Source: an uncultured Methanospirillum sp.
GTDB taxonomy: Archaea; Halobacteriota; Methanomicrobia; Methanomicrobiales; Methanospirillaceae
DNA length: 56,521 nt
Assembly: GCA_964637135.1 (NCBI GenBank)
Contig: CAZWTX010000015.1
Coordinates: 1 to 56,521 of the forward strand
Direction: 5' to 3'
Both the position numbers and the translations under genes were made by a program. The notes below the pieces were generated by a model, which saw only the letters and a list, made by a program, of their open reading frames with translations, made no database searches and was not told where the DNA came from. Below are positions 20,539-30,427 of this stretch, one piece after another. Numbering within the stretch: position 1 is the stretch's first letter; every line of letters begins with the position of its first letter.

Positions 20539-21049
20539 GGAACTGCTCCTGATACGAGATATGGGGGACTCCCGTTATTGTACAATATTGACAGAATTCC
20601 TTAAAGGTTTGTATGAGGTTTTCTGGATCGGTAAATACTTCCTCAGGCATAGGGATAGCCCACCTGTCATCGAATCCATGTTGATAGATATGGAGATGGG
20701 GGCAGGGAAGGTGCGTACCGATGAATGGAGTGAATCTGTGATCGCTGGGCGGTACATCAGGGTTATCATGAGGGCGCCCGTTGAGATCAAGCCGGATGAG
20801 GTGAAACATCTCCAGATATCTGTTTTGAAATGTGCACCGGTATGTGTTGATTTTTCCCTTTCTGTCGATGTCAAACGTTATGTGGTATTTAGGATCGTAG
20901 ACGAGAGAAACGGAGAGTAACAGTACAGAGTTCGGGTTCGGGAAGCTGATCCTGGCATCAACAATCTTTTTTTCTGCCCGAATCAGGTAATCAGCCAGGT
21001 CCTGTGACATCGGAGGTATGGTTGATCGAGAGCCATCATTTTTGTCCAT
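20522..21049 (-). CDS. DUF6978-like protein
   Basis: ADYLIRAEK, TFQNR, LIRLDLNGRPHDNPD, CPHLHIYQHGFDDRWA. Real start is probably 21049 or 21010; 17-nt overlap with the next gene. Confidence 0.75.
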   Translation of the reverse strand: MDKNDGSRSTIPPMSQDLADYLIRAEKKIVDARISFPNPNSVLLLSVSLVYDPKYHITFDIDRKGKINTYRCTFQNRYLEMFHLIRLDLNGRPHDNPDVPPSDHRFTPFIGTHLPCPHLHIYQHGFDDRWAIPMPEEVFTDPENLIQTFKEFCQYCTITGVPHISYQEQFHDQHV

Positions 21050-21142
21050 TTCTCTTCCCAACTGTGTAGTATCAGGAATAATACGTCTGATGACCAGATA
21101 TAAACCGGATTCTATTTGGTGCAGTATAAATAATCTCACACT

Positions 21143-24100
21143 ATGGTCTGTCCCCCAGAAGTGCTTGAACTCGTTAATCGATTCGGTGCATACCGTGATA
21201 AATACAAATCCGGTGACTATAACGAGACGCAGCTCCGCAATGAATTTCTCAATCCTTTTTTTGAAGCACTCGGGTGGGACATATATAATAAGGCGGGCTA
21301 TTCTGAAGGATACAAAGATGTGATCCATGAAGACCGGGTTAAGATAAAAGGGGTCACCAAAGCTCCAGATTACTCGTTTCGGATTGGGACTGAACGGAAA
21401 TTTTTCGTTGAAGCCAAGAAACCAAGTGTTAATGTCAGGGAGGATCCGGGGCCAGCCCTGCAGATCCGGCGGTACGGATGGAACGCGAAACTGCCAGTTT
21501 CTATCCTGACTGATTTTGAAGAGTTTGCCATCTACGATTGCACGATAAAACCGGGCGATAAGGATGACTCCGGGCACTCCCGGATATTTTACTGTAAGTT
21601 TTCCGATTATGAAGAAAAATGGGATTGGATAGTTGAACGGTTCAGTAAAAATGGTATCCTTCACGGGGGGCTGGATACCTATACTGAAGAACTGGTGAAA
21701 GGAAAAGCGGGGAAAGGGACCGTCACGGTTGATAAGGAATTTCTTGCATCCCTTGAAACCTGGCGTGAAGCCCTGGCGAAGAATATCGCTCTTCGCAATC
21801 CAGACCTCTCCATCCGTGAACTGAATGATGCGGTTACTAAAACGATTGACCGGTTGGTCTTTCTGCGGATCTGCGAGGACCGGGGAATTGAACGGGAAGA
21901 TCAGTTGCGATTGATTGGTGAAGGAAAGGATATCTACACTCGACTGACCGATCTCTTCCGGTATGCTGATGACAAGTTCAATTCAGGCCTGTTTCATTTT
22001 TCTGATGAGAAAGGGTGGGACGAAAGCCCAGATATGCTGACGCTTTCCCTGAAAATTGATGACAAAATCCTCAAAGATATCATCAGTGGGTTATATTATC
22101 CGAAATCACAGTTTGAATTCTCGGTGATGCCGGCAGATATTCTCGGTCAGGTCTATGAACAGTTCCTTGGAAAGGTTATCCGGCTTACTGAAGGACACCA
22201 GGCAAAGGTGGAAGAGAAACCGGAGGTCCGGAAAGCTGGTGGTGTCTATTATACGCCTACCTACATCGTTGATTATATCGTCAGGCATACCGTGGGAGAC
22301 CTGGTCAGAGATAAGACACCGAAAGAGCTTGCTTCCCTCCGGGTGCTGGATCCCGCCTGTGGATCGGGTTCATTTCTGATCGGGGCGTACCAGTTTCTGC
22401 TTGACTGGCATCTCCTCTGGTATATGGAGTACCTCACTCCGCTCCTGAAAGCCGGAGCATCTCCGAATTCTAAAGAGATATGCGATCTACTTCCGGCCGG
22501 AATCAGGCAGGTTCCGGTGAAAGGGAAGAAGGGAAAATCACCGGAATATCCGCTCCCGGTGTTTCAGGTCTCTGAAACCGACTGGAAACTTACCACTGAT
22601 GAGAAGAAGCGGATTCTTATCAACAATATGTACGGGGTTGATATCGATCCGCAGGCGGTGGAGGTGACAAAGCTCTCCCTGCTCCTCAAAGTACTGGAAG
22701 GGGAGCGGGCTGAGTTGATCAATACTCAGTTGAAGATCACTGCTGAACGGGTGCTTCCGTCACTTCATAAGAATATAAAATGTGGAAATTCCCTGATCGG
22801 GAGTGATATCCTGAGTCAAATCACTCTTGATGGCGAAGAAATTTATAGGGTTAATCCATTCGATTGGGAGCGGGAATTTCCAGAGATTATAACAGGAGGA
22901 GGGTTTGATGCAGTAATCGGAAACCCTCCGTATATCAGAATACAAACCATGAAAGAATGGGCTGCTTATGAGGTTAACATATACAAAAAAATCTACTGCT
23001 CCGCTCAGAAAGGGAATTATGATATTTATGTAATATTTATAGAAAAAGGTTCGGAACTTCTCAACCAAAATGGTCGTTTGGGATTCATTCTTCCACACAA
23101 ATTTTTTACAGCAAAGTATGGAGGACCAATCCGAGAGTACATTTATCAGAAAAAAACTCTTCATAGTGTGGTTCACTTTGGCCATCAGCAGATTTTTAGT
23201 GGAGCAACAACCTATACTTGCCTCCTCTTTTTATCCAATTGTTCACAACCGAACTTTTCCTTCATATCCGTGACTGATATTGACGAATGGAAGAAATCGT
23301 CTGACCATGAAGTAATTACTATTCCTATAGAGAAGGCTTCAACTGCAGATTGGATTTTTGTTTCTGATATTAACGACTCCCTAATGAAAAAAATTGAAGG
23401 GCAGGGAAGAAAACTCGCAGAAATATCTCATACATTTGTTGGGACACAAACAAGTGCTGAGGATATTTTCGTCCTTCGAAACTGTACAACTGATTCTGAA
23501 ACCATAACCGGGTATTCTAAGGCATTAAATGAGTCCGTGACGGTTGAAAAAAATGCGGTAAAATGGTTTCTAAAAGGGAAAAATATCCGACGATATCTTC
23601 CACCTGTTACTGATTTTGCTGTTGTATGCCCGTATGAAATTACATCAGACTCATTTCATTTGTTACAAGAAAAGTCATTAAAAACAACATTTCCATTAGC
23701 GTATACCTATCTCCTCCGTAATAAGAAATTTTTGATGGAACGAGAAAAGGGGAGATTTAATGGACCGAATTGGTTTGCTTACGGTTATCCCAAAAGTATG
23801 ATATTATTTCAGCGTCACAAGATTATTTGTCCATTCTATGACAATAAAGCTGCATATTCATATGATGTTTCTGGATTTTATTTTAAAACCGGATATGGGA
23901 TAATTTTAACAGATGACGAGTATTCTGATTACTATCTTCTTGGTCTATTAAATTCAAGATTATTATTTTGGTATTATCTTCAGATCTGTACGTTCTTGAG
24001 TTCCGGGTATGCTCACTATATGACTCAATACATTGAGCAGTTACCCATTGCCCCTATTGGAAGAAATGAGGAGTCTCAAACCCGAATAATTTCTTTGGTT

Positions 24101-24274
24101 GAGAATCTGCTTGAATTATATAGACAACTTCCGAAAATTAAAGCAGACCACGAACGATCTGTCATCGAACGTCAGATCGACGCAACCGACCGTGCTATCG
24201 ACAAACTCGTCTATGAACTCTACGGTCTCACAGATGACGAGATTAGAGTAATAGAAGAGCGTGTTTATCAGTAA
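21143..24274 (+). CDS. Type IIG (Eco57I/TaqI-like) fused restriction endonuclease / N6-adenine methyltransferase
   Basis: N-terminal PD-(D/E)xK (APDY...VEAKK), GVYYTP, LDPACGSGSFL, GNPPY, C-terminal TRD ending IDKLVYELYGLT. Confidence 0.92.
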   Translation: MVCPPEVLELVNRFGAYRDKYKSGDYNETQLRNEFLNPFFEALGWDIYNKAGYSEGYKDVIHEDRVKIKGVTKAPDYSFRIGTERKFFVEAKKPSVNVREDPGPALQIRRYGWNAKLPVSILTDFEEFAIYDCTIKPGDKDDSGHSRIFYCKFSDYEEKWDWIVERFSKNGILHGGLDTYTEELVKGKAGKGTVTVDKEFLASLETWREALAKNIALRNPDLSIRELNDAVTKTIDRLVFLRICEDRGIEREDQLRLIGEGKDIYTRLTDLFRYADDKFNSGLFHFSDEKGWDESPDMLTLSLKIDDKILKDIISGLYYPKSQFEFSVMPADILGQVYEQFLGKVIRLTEGHQAKVEEKPEVRKAGGVYYTPTYIVDYIVRHTVGDLVRDKTPKELASLRVLDPACGSGSFLIGAYQFLLDWHLLWYMEYLTPLLKAGASPNSKEICDLLPAGIRQVPVKGKKGKSPEYPLPVFQVSETDWKLTTDEKKRILINNMYGVDIDPQAVEVTKLSLLLKVLEGERAELINTQLKITAERVLPSLHKNIKCGNSLIGSDILSQITLDGEEIYRVNPFDWEREFPEIITGGGFDAVIGNPPYIRIQTMKEWAAYEVNIYKKIYCSAQKGNYDIYVIFIEKGSELLNQNGRLGFILPHKFFTAKYGGPIREYIYQKKTLHSVVHFGHQQIFSGATTYTCLLFLSNCSQPNFSFISVTDIDEWKKSSDHEVITIPIEKASTADWIFVSDINDSLMKKIEGQGRKLAEISHTFVGTQTSAEDIFVLRNCTTDSETITGYSKALNESVTVEKNAVKWFLKGKNIRRYLPPVTDFAVVCPYEITSDSFHLLQEKSLKTTFPLAYTYLLRNKKFLMEREKGRFNGPNWFAYGYPKSMILFQRHKIICPFYDNKAAYSYDVSGFYFKTGYGIILTDDEYSDYYLLGLLNSRLLFWYYLQICTFLSSGYAHYMTQYIEQLPIAPIGRNEESQTRIISLVENLLELYRQLPKIKADHERSVIERQIDATDRAIDKLVYELYGLTDDEIRVIEERVYQ

Positions 24275-24300
24275 TATTTTGAAAAAAAGGATGTGATGAA

Positions 24301-25155
24301 ATGTATTCTGGCGGAAGATTACAAAATAGCCATACCTATGAGGAGATTTATCAGACAGCCTGTGATATTCTCGTTGGAAATGATCCATTAAAAAGTCCTT
24401 TTAATGGTGAAATTGCACAATATATCTCATTTCATTGTAGAATCGCAGAAATATTATATCTTCGGGAAAACAATCTTGAAAAACTTCCGCCGAATATTGA
24501 TGGTCACATCAGATTATCTGATGATGACGAAGAGATATTTCGCGATGTATTCTGGGATCTCTTCAGGCAGGGGATAATAACTCTGGGATATAACAATAGC
24601 AATGAAAAATACCCCTGGTTTCGTGTATCCTATCATGGGAAGAAGATTCTTGAAAACCAGTCATTATACTATTTCCACAGTGTTGAGACATATGAAACGG
24701 TACTCAGGGAGAATATACCTGGTATTGATGACGTAACCGTCACCTATCTGAAGGAAGCAATGCAGTCATATCTCCATGGATGTGTTCTTTCGGCAACGGT
24801 CATGTTAGGTGTGGCAACAGAGCACTCATTTGATCTCCTCCTTGAAGATGTTCAAGCAAATGTTCAATATTCATCGGTATTTGGAAATTTGTTCACAGAA
24901 AGAACTGCCCTCCAGCGAATGAACAAGTTCAAAAATACTTTCCCTCAAATCGGAAAAGATCTTCCGAAAGAGGTCAAGGAAGGATTTGATACTGATATGA
25001 TGGCAATAATGGAGACGATCAGAAATTTCAGAAACGAATCGGGACACCCTTCAGGAAAGAGGATTAGTAGAGAACAGGTGTATATTCTCCTGCACCTGTT
25101 CATACCATGTTGTAAAAAGATTTACCAGATCAGAGATTTTTTTGTGAATACCTGA
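24301..25155 (+). CDS. Hypothetical protein with C-terminal HEPN/DUF4145-like domain
   Basis: EAMQSY...SATVMLGVATE helix and RNESGH (Rx4H) motif; AT-rich. Confidence 0.65.
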   Translation: MYSGGRLQNSHTYEEIYQTACDILVGNDPLKSPFNGEIAQYISFHCRIAEILYLRENNLEKLPPNIDGHIRLSDDDEEIFRDVFWDLFRQGIITLGYNNSNEKYPWFRVSYHGKKILENQSLYYFHSVETYETVLRENIPGIDDVTVTYLKEAMQSYLHGCVLSATVMLGVATEHSFDLLLEDVQANVQYSSVFGNLFTERTALQRMNKFKNTFPQIGKDLPKEVKEGFDTDMMAIMETIRNFRNESGHPSGKRISREQVYILLHLFIPCCKKIYQIRDFFVNT

Positions 25156-25401
25156 TAATTTTCTGAAGAAGGATCTCCCACCTTCCCCGGTGATTCATCA
25201 AAAAGATGCTCATCCTGATTAACCTGGGGAATTTCAGAGGGAACGGGGGTAACTTTCACCCGCTCTTTGATATGTACTCTGATTGCTTTCAGAGGTTCAC
25301 AAAACCCATCAATCAGGCCGCTGTTTTTTATATCCATGGGAATTGCCGGGGCATATAACTGGTACACGAGGAGAAAAAAACGGTGCCAGAGATTTCAGAC
25401 C

Positions 25402-25791
25402 GTGTGAAAATAGTCGTCTTAACAAGGGATACCTCAAAGGATGTCTACCGGTGTGATCCCTATCGGTGGATCTATTATCCTGAGAGAGGAGATCCCACCC
25501 AGAATATTCCTCCCGGCACGTCGTTTTCCGACCTGCCGGATACCTGGCGATGCCCCTCCTGCAAGGAACCGAAACGAGTGTTCGTGTGGATAGAGCGGGA
25601 TCAGGAATGTACGGACAATATTGGATCATGAGGGATTTGGTTCATCTGTCCTGATAATCTCCGCCTGTACTAACCGGGATAATCATCAGATTCCTCACCA
25701 ATTCATCTCCGGACCGGACCGTATCTCTGGTATTCCCCGGGTAATGAGATGATCTCTCCGGATACATGAATTAATCAATCCGTACTGATGC
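25402..25791 (+). repeat. 390-bp direct repeat, copy 2
   Basis: Matches 19220-19609. Confidence 0.97.
25404..25631 (+). CDS. Rubredoxin-like protein, copy 2
   Basis: Same as copy 1 except residue 3 (K to I). Confidence 0.7.
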   Translation: MKIVVLTRDTSKDVYRCDPYRWIYYPERGDPTQNIPPGTSFSDLPDTWRCPSCKEPKRVFVWIERDQECTDNIGS

Positions 25792-25948
25792 ATATATTAG
25801 ATAATCACATGGTATTCGCGTCTCCCCTGACTGACCTCGTACCGCACTTTTACCGTTCGCTCTCCTGCCCCCGGACTCAAAGTGGAATATTCACCGGTAC
25901 CGGGAGGGGGAGCGGATCCATTCCCATCCTGATATACAGGTGCAAAGC

Positions 25949-26338
25949 ATGAAGATCCAGATCAATACCGGCAGAACCGTTACCCAGGGCTCGTACGTGG
26001 ATCGGAAAAATACTCCTGAATATTACCGGGAGACGTCAACCATCCGGCTGAACCCGGTCGACATGATGAACATCGGGGTTGATGACGGTGAACGCGTAAT
26101 GGCGAAGAGCGGTACGATGGGAATCGTGCTCAGGGCTCTCGCCGATGAAACAATTTCGAGCGGGACCGGTTTTCTCCCCCTTGGACCATATGCCAATTAC
26201 CTCGTGGAGGGAACGACCCACAGCACCGGGATGCCTGATTTCAAATTTCTGGTTGTGGAGATCGAACCTACCGGGGATGAGGTGCTTCGGGTGGGTGACC
26301 TCATGAAACAACTGGGGGGTGTTCCCTATGAGCGATAA
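25949..26338 (+). CDS. fwdD: Formylmethanofuran dehydrogenase subunit D (set 1)
   Basis: NTGRTVTQG, LNPVDM, GPYAN, TGMPDFK. Confidence 0.92.
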   Translation: MKIQINTGRTVTQGSYVDRKNTPEYYRETSTIRLNPVDMMNIGVDDGERVMAKSGTMGIVLRALADETISSGTGFLPLGPYANYLVEGTTHSTGMPDFKFLVVEIEPTGDEVLRVGDLMKQLGGVPYER

Positions 26339-27632
26339 GGTTCGGCATGTCATCTGTCCGTATTGCGGATGCCTCTGTGACGACATCCTGATTGAACTGA
26401 CCGACGGGAAGGTATCCGGGGTTGAGAATGCCTGTACTCTTGGCGCCCGTAAATTCCTGGACGATTCCGGAAACCGCCTGAAAAGTCCGATCATGCGCAA
26501 GGGGAACGAGTGGGTCGACATCTCCTATGAAGAGGCCGTATCATATGCCGTAGATATCCTCTCAAAAGCAGATCGGCCGCTCTTATACGGCTGGTCGGGC
26601 TGTGTAACTGAAACCCAGGCCATCGGTGTCCACCTGGCAGAGCTCATCGGCGGCGTCATCGACAGCACCACCTCGGTCTGTCATGGCCCCTCCATCCTCG
26701 CAATCCAGGAGGTCGGTCACCCCGGCTGTACTCTCGGACAGGTGAAAAACCGTGCTGACACTGTCATATACTGGGGTTCAAACCCGATAGAAGCCCATCC
26801 CCGTCACTTGAGCCGGTATACCTATTATGCCGATGCGTATTTCCTGCATAACGCATTCCGGGAACGGAAAATAATCGTTTTTGACGTGAGGAAGACAGCT
26901 ACGGCAGAGATAGCGGATATTTACGTTCAGATTGATCAGGGTGGAGATTACCATGTCCTCTCAGCGCTCCGGGCGATAATCCGTGGTCGTGAAGACCTGA
27001 TCCCGGAGCAGGTTGCCGGAGTGCCCCGGGAACAACTGATACGGGTTGCAGAGATCTGTAAATCAGCAAAATTCGGGGCTCTGTTCTTCGGGGTCGGGAT
27101 CACCATGACCGGCGGGAAATATAAGAACATCAGGAATGCCATCGAATTTGTTGATGAGTTGAACCGGCATACCAAGTGGACCATTTCCCCGATGCGTGGC
27201 CATTCGAACGTGTATGGGTCAAATGAAGTGTTCACCTGGATCTCGGGATATCCGTATGCCGTGGATTATTCACGGGGGATAGCATTTTACAACCCTGGAG
27301 AAACCACCGTTGTCGATATTCTTGCACGGGGTGAGGCTGATGCCGCCCTGATTATGGCCAGCGATCCTGGTGCCCATTTCCCGCGGGTATGCTGTGAACA
27401 CCTGGCAAAGATCCCCACTATTCTCTTTGATCCCTATCCGAGTGCAACCACCCATCTCTGCACGGTCCAGATTCCATCAGCCGTCAATGGGATTGATGCG
27501 GAGGGGACCGCCTACCGGATGGATGGCATTCCCATTAGGACCCGGAAATTTATTGAAACCGGGTATCCCTCCGACACATCCATTCTTGAGGATATCTATG
27601 AGCGGATCAGGGAGGCAAAAAGAAATGCGTGA
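26328..27632 (+). CDS. fwdB: Formylmethanofuran dehydrogenase subunit B (set 1)
   Basis: CPYCGCLCDD, SVCHGP (Cys ligand), VKNRAD, HPRHLSRY, MRGHSN, YRMD. Confidence 0.95.
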   Translation: MSDKVRHVICPYCGCLCDDILIELTDGKVSGVENACTLGARKFLDDSGNRLKSPIMRKGNEWVDISYEEAVSYAVDILSKADRPLLYGWSGCVTETQAIGVHLAELIGGVIDSTTSVCHGPSILAIQEVGHPGCTLGQVKNRADTVIYWGSNPIEAHPRHLSRYTYYADAYFLHNAFRERKIIVFDVRKTATAEIADIYVQIDQGGDYHVLSALRAIIRGREDLIPEQVAGVPREQLIRVAEICKSAKFGALFFGVGITMTGGKYKNIRNAIEFVDELNRHTKWTISPMRGHSNVYGSNEVFTWISGYPYAVDYSRGIAFYNPGETTVVDILARGEADAALIMASDPGAHFPRVCCEHLAKIPTILFDPYPSATTHLCTVQIPSAVNGIDAEGTAYRMDGIPIRTRKFIETGYPSDTSILEDIYERIREAKRNA

Positions 27633-29325
27633 ATTGCTGATAAAAAATGCCTATGTCATCGATCCCCTCCAGGGTATTCACGGAGACATCATGGATATCC
27701 CGGTTCGTGACGGGAGAATTGTCGGGAGCGTCTCCGGGAGATCCGAAGTTATCGACGCCGGAGGTCACCTGACCCTTCCCGGGGGGATCGATTCCCACAC
27801 GCATGTATGTGGTACGAAAGTGAACTTCGGCCGCTATATGAGTCCTGAAGACATGCGGGCCGGAAGAACCCCCCGGAAAGGGCCGATGTATCCGACATCC
27901 GGGTATACCGTTCCGACGACATACGGGAACAGTTACCGGTACAGTAAAATGGGATATACCACTCTTCTTGAGGGTGCCATGGCTCCCATGGAGGCACGCC
28001 ACACCCACGAGGAGTTTGCTGCGACTCCCATGCAGGATATGCTTGCGAACACGCTTTTTGACGGAAACTGGAGTCTTTTTGAGGCAGTGGGGGATAAGGA
28101 TGTCCGGCAGGCAGCGGCGGTCATCGGCTGGACGCTCTCGGCTGTGAAGGGATTTGGCATTAAACTGACGAATCCGGGCGGAACCGAAGCGTGGGGATTT
28201 GGCGATGATCTGGCCAGCATCGATGAGGAAGTACCGAACTGGACGATCACTCCCCGGGAGATCATCGACACGACGATCAAGGCATGCGAACTCCTCCATC
28301 TTCCCCATTCGGTTCATCTCCATTGCAATAACCTGGGCATGCCGGGAAATTACCGGACAACCCTGCAGACCCTCGATATCCCGTCAGACCTGAACCCGGA
28401 TCGGCAGACCTTGTATCTGACCCATCTCCAGTTCCATTCATACGGGGGAAGTACCTGGGGGGACATCCGTTCAGAAGCAGAGAAAATTGCCGGATCGGTG
28501 AATACCAAACCGCATGTCGTCATCGACATGGGCCAGGTAATGTTTGGAAGAACCATGACCATGACGGCCGATGGTCCGATGGAGTTCAGGCTCCACATGC
28601 TCCATCATAACAAATGGAGCAACCACGATGTAGAACTGGAAACCGGTTCAGGCATCATTCCCGTCTATTACAGCCGAAAAAGCCTGGTCAACAGCATCAT
28701 GTGGGCCATCGGGCTTGAGCTTGCCCTGCTCGTAAAAAATCCCTGGCAGTGTATGCTGACAACCGATAATCCGAATGGAGCGCCCTTCGTCAAGTACCCG
28801 GAGATCATCGGACTGCTCATGTCGGGGAAATACCGGGCCAGAGAGCTTGATAATGTACATAAACTCACGACCGACCGGACTTCTCTCGGTACCATCGATC
28901 GCGAACTCAGTTTTGAAGATATCGCGGTGATGACCCGGTCCGGACAGGCAAAAGCCCTGGGGTTGATTGATCAGGGCAAGGGACATTTCCGGGAGGGAGC
29001 CCTTGCAGATATTGCCGTGTACCCGGTCCGGCCGGATCAGACTGATCCGGCAATCCAGTACGAAGAGGTGATCGGGGCCTTCCAGCAGACGCTCTATACC
29101 CTGAAAGATGGCATTGTCGTCAGCAGGAACGGGGAAGTGATAACCGGTGTTGCAAACCGGACGTTCTGGACCGATCCACAGATACCCGCGGAGATGGACA
29201 TCCGGAACAGTCCCCGGTTTATTGAGAAATTTTCACGGTACTACTCGATGGACCTTGAAAATTATCTGGTTCAGGACGAATACGTGCAGCGGGGGGTTGC
29301 AATGAAGAGCGGGGTATCATCATGA
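27625..29325 (+). CDS. fwdA: Formylmethanofuran dehydrogenase subunit A (set 1)
   Basis: GGIDSHTH, NPGG, HLHCNNLG, QFHSYGG, WAIGLEL, TTDNPN; ATG at 27625. Confidence 0.95.
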   Translation: MRELLIKNAYVIDPLQGIHGDIMDIPVRDGRIVGSVSGRSEVIDAGGHLTLPGGIDSHTHVCGTKVNFGRYMSPEDMRAGRTPRKGPMYPTSGYTVPTTYGNSYRYSKMGYTTLLEGAMAPMEARHTHEEFAATPMQDMLANTLFDGNWSLFEAVGDKDVRQAAAVIGWTLSAVKGFGIKLTNPGGTEAWGFGDDLASIDEEVPNWTITPREIIDTTIKACELLHLPHSVHLHCNNLGMPGNYRTTLQTLDIPSDLNPDRQTLYLTHLQFHSYGGSTWGDIRSEAEKIAGSVNTKPHVVIDMGQVMFGRTMTMTADGPMEFRLHMLHHNKWSNHDVELETGSGIIPVYYSRKSLVNSIMWAIGLELALLVKNPWQCMLTTDNPNGAPFVKYPEIIGLLMSGKYRARELDNVHKLTTDRTSLGTIDRELSFEDIAVMTRSGQAKALGLIDQGKGHFREGALADIAVYPVRPDQTDPAIQYEEVIGAFQQTLYTLKDGIVVSRNGEVITGVANRTFWTDPQIPAEMDIRNSPRFIEKFSRYYSMDLENYLVQDEYVQRGVAMKSGVSS

Positions 29326-30095
29326 TGCAGGTTATTCTCACCATGAAACCCCGGGAAAAACCCTTTCTTCCCATAGAAGCCGAGATGATCGCACCGATGT
29401 TTTTCATCGGGAACCACGAACTGTTTGTCTGGGAAGGGAATAAAAAACGGCGTATAGAGGATATTTTCACCATTCGGAAAGAGGGGAATGTAAACTCTCC
29501 GGAAAACATCGTGGTCATCCTCCGGGGAGATACCGGCCGGGTAAAGCGGGTAGGCGAGTATATGTCATCCGGGACGATCATCGTGGAGGGTGATATCGGG
29601 ATGCATTGCGGGAATTTCATGCGAGGCGGAACCATTGAAATTCACGGCAATGCTGACGGATGGCTCGGACGTGAGATGCGTGGCGGGACCATCATCTGTC
29701 ATGGGAATACCGGAGACTACTGCGGATCCGGGTATCGCGGCGAAAAGCGGGGGATGCGTGGCGGTAAGATAGAGATCCTCGGGAATGCCGGTGATTACCT
29801 GGGAGAATACCTGACCGGCGGAGAAATCCATGTTCACGGAGATGCCGGGATGTTTGCCGGTGCAGAAATGCGTGGCGGGATCCTCGTAATCGACGGAGAT
29901 GCATGGATTCCTGCGGCCAACATGTCAAAAGGGACGTGTATCGTCAGGGGAGAGGTCCATGAGATGCTTCCGACATTTGAAAAGATTGGCGAGAAAGAAG
30001 GCCTGGTCGTGTATCATGGCGATATTGCCAACAAAGGCAAGGGCGAACTGATGATTGGTATGCCGGCGAATGACGATACCCGTTCCATCCCCTGA
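29322..30095 (+). CDS. fwdC: Formylmethanofuran dehydrogenase subunit C (set 1)
   Basis: Repeated GxxMxGG beta-helix, YRGEKRGMRGG. Confidence 0.95.
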   Translation: MMQVILTMKPREKPFLPIEAEMIAPMFFIGNHELFVWEGNKKRRIEDIFTIRKEGNVNSPENIVVILRGDTGRVKRVGEYMSSGTIIVEGDIGMHCGNFMRGGTIEIHGNADGWLGREMRGGTIICHGNTGDYCGSGYRGEKRGMRGGKIEILGNAGDYLGEYLTGGEIHVHGDAGMFAGAEMRGGILVIDGDAWIPAANMSKGTCIVRGEVHEMLPTFEKIGEKEGLVVYHGDIANKGKGELMIGMPANDDTRSIP

Positions 30096-30427
30096 TCTCT
30101 CTTTCCGGCGATGCCTGGCCCCGCCGGCATGCCCTGGTTCCTGAACTATCCATCCGGGACCACCCTTCGTGGTTTGTCAGTCTGCTGTTTTTCTCCCCTG
30201 TTGTCCGGTACCGGCCGTATCACGTTCCCGGATTGATCTGATCCGCTGACCGAAGATAATCGTGGAATGATTGTCTGTATCCATCCCGGTTCGTGGAGAA
30301 CATCAGTGAAAAAGCAATCCTATTCGAGATCATACAATTGACCAATTCAAAAATTAATTAATATGGGTTAATTATGTATGAAAAACTTGATTACTTTTAT
30401 TAAGCCGGGTAACGACGGTATATTCGT

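Noticed and set aside
21050..21664. N-terminal extension of the 380-aa minus-strand ORF
   Set aside because: Mostly antisense to the R-M gene; family-like sequence begins only near 21049/21010.
19220..25791. Composite transposon or IS pair
   Set aside because: The repeats encode a rubredoxin, not a transposase, and have no terminal inverted repeats. TTCAGA near both cassette ends is too short to be meaningful.
7787..25800. Integrase-mediated island or provirus at tRNA-Arg
   Set aside because: No integrase, viral genes or duplicated tRNA 3' end found by eye.
27370..27624. Long N-terminal extension of FwdA set 1 (likewise 51284-51496 for FdhA set 2)
   Set aside because: Overlaps fwdB or non-coding DNA; downstream ATGs with SD-like motifs match the family N-termini.
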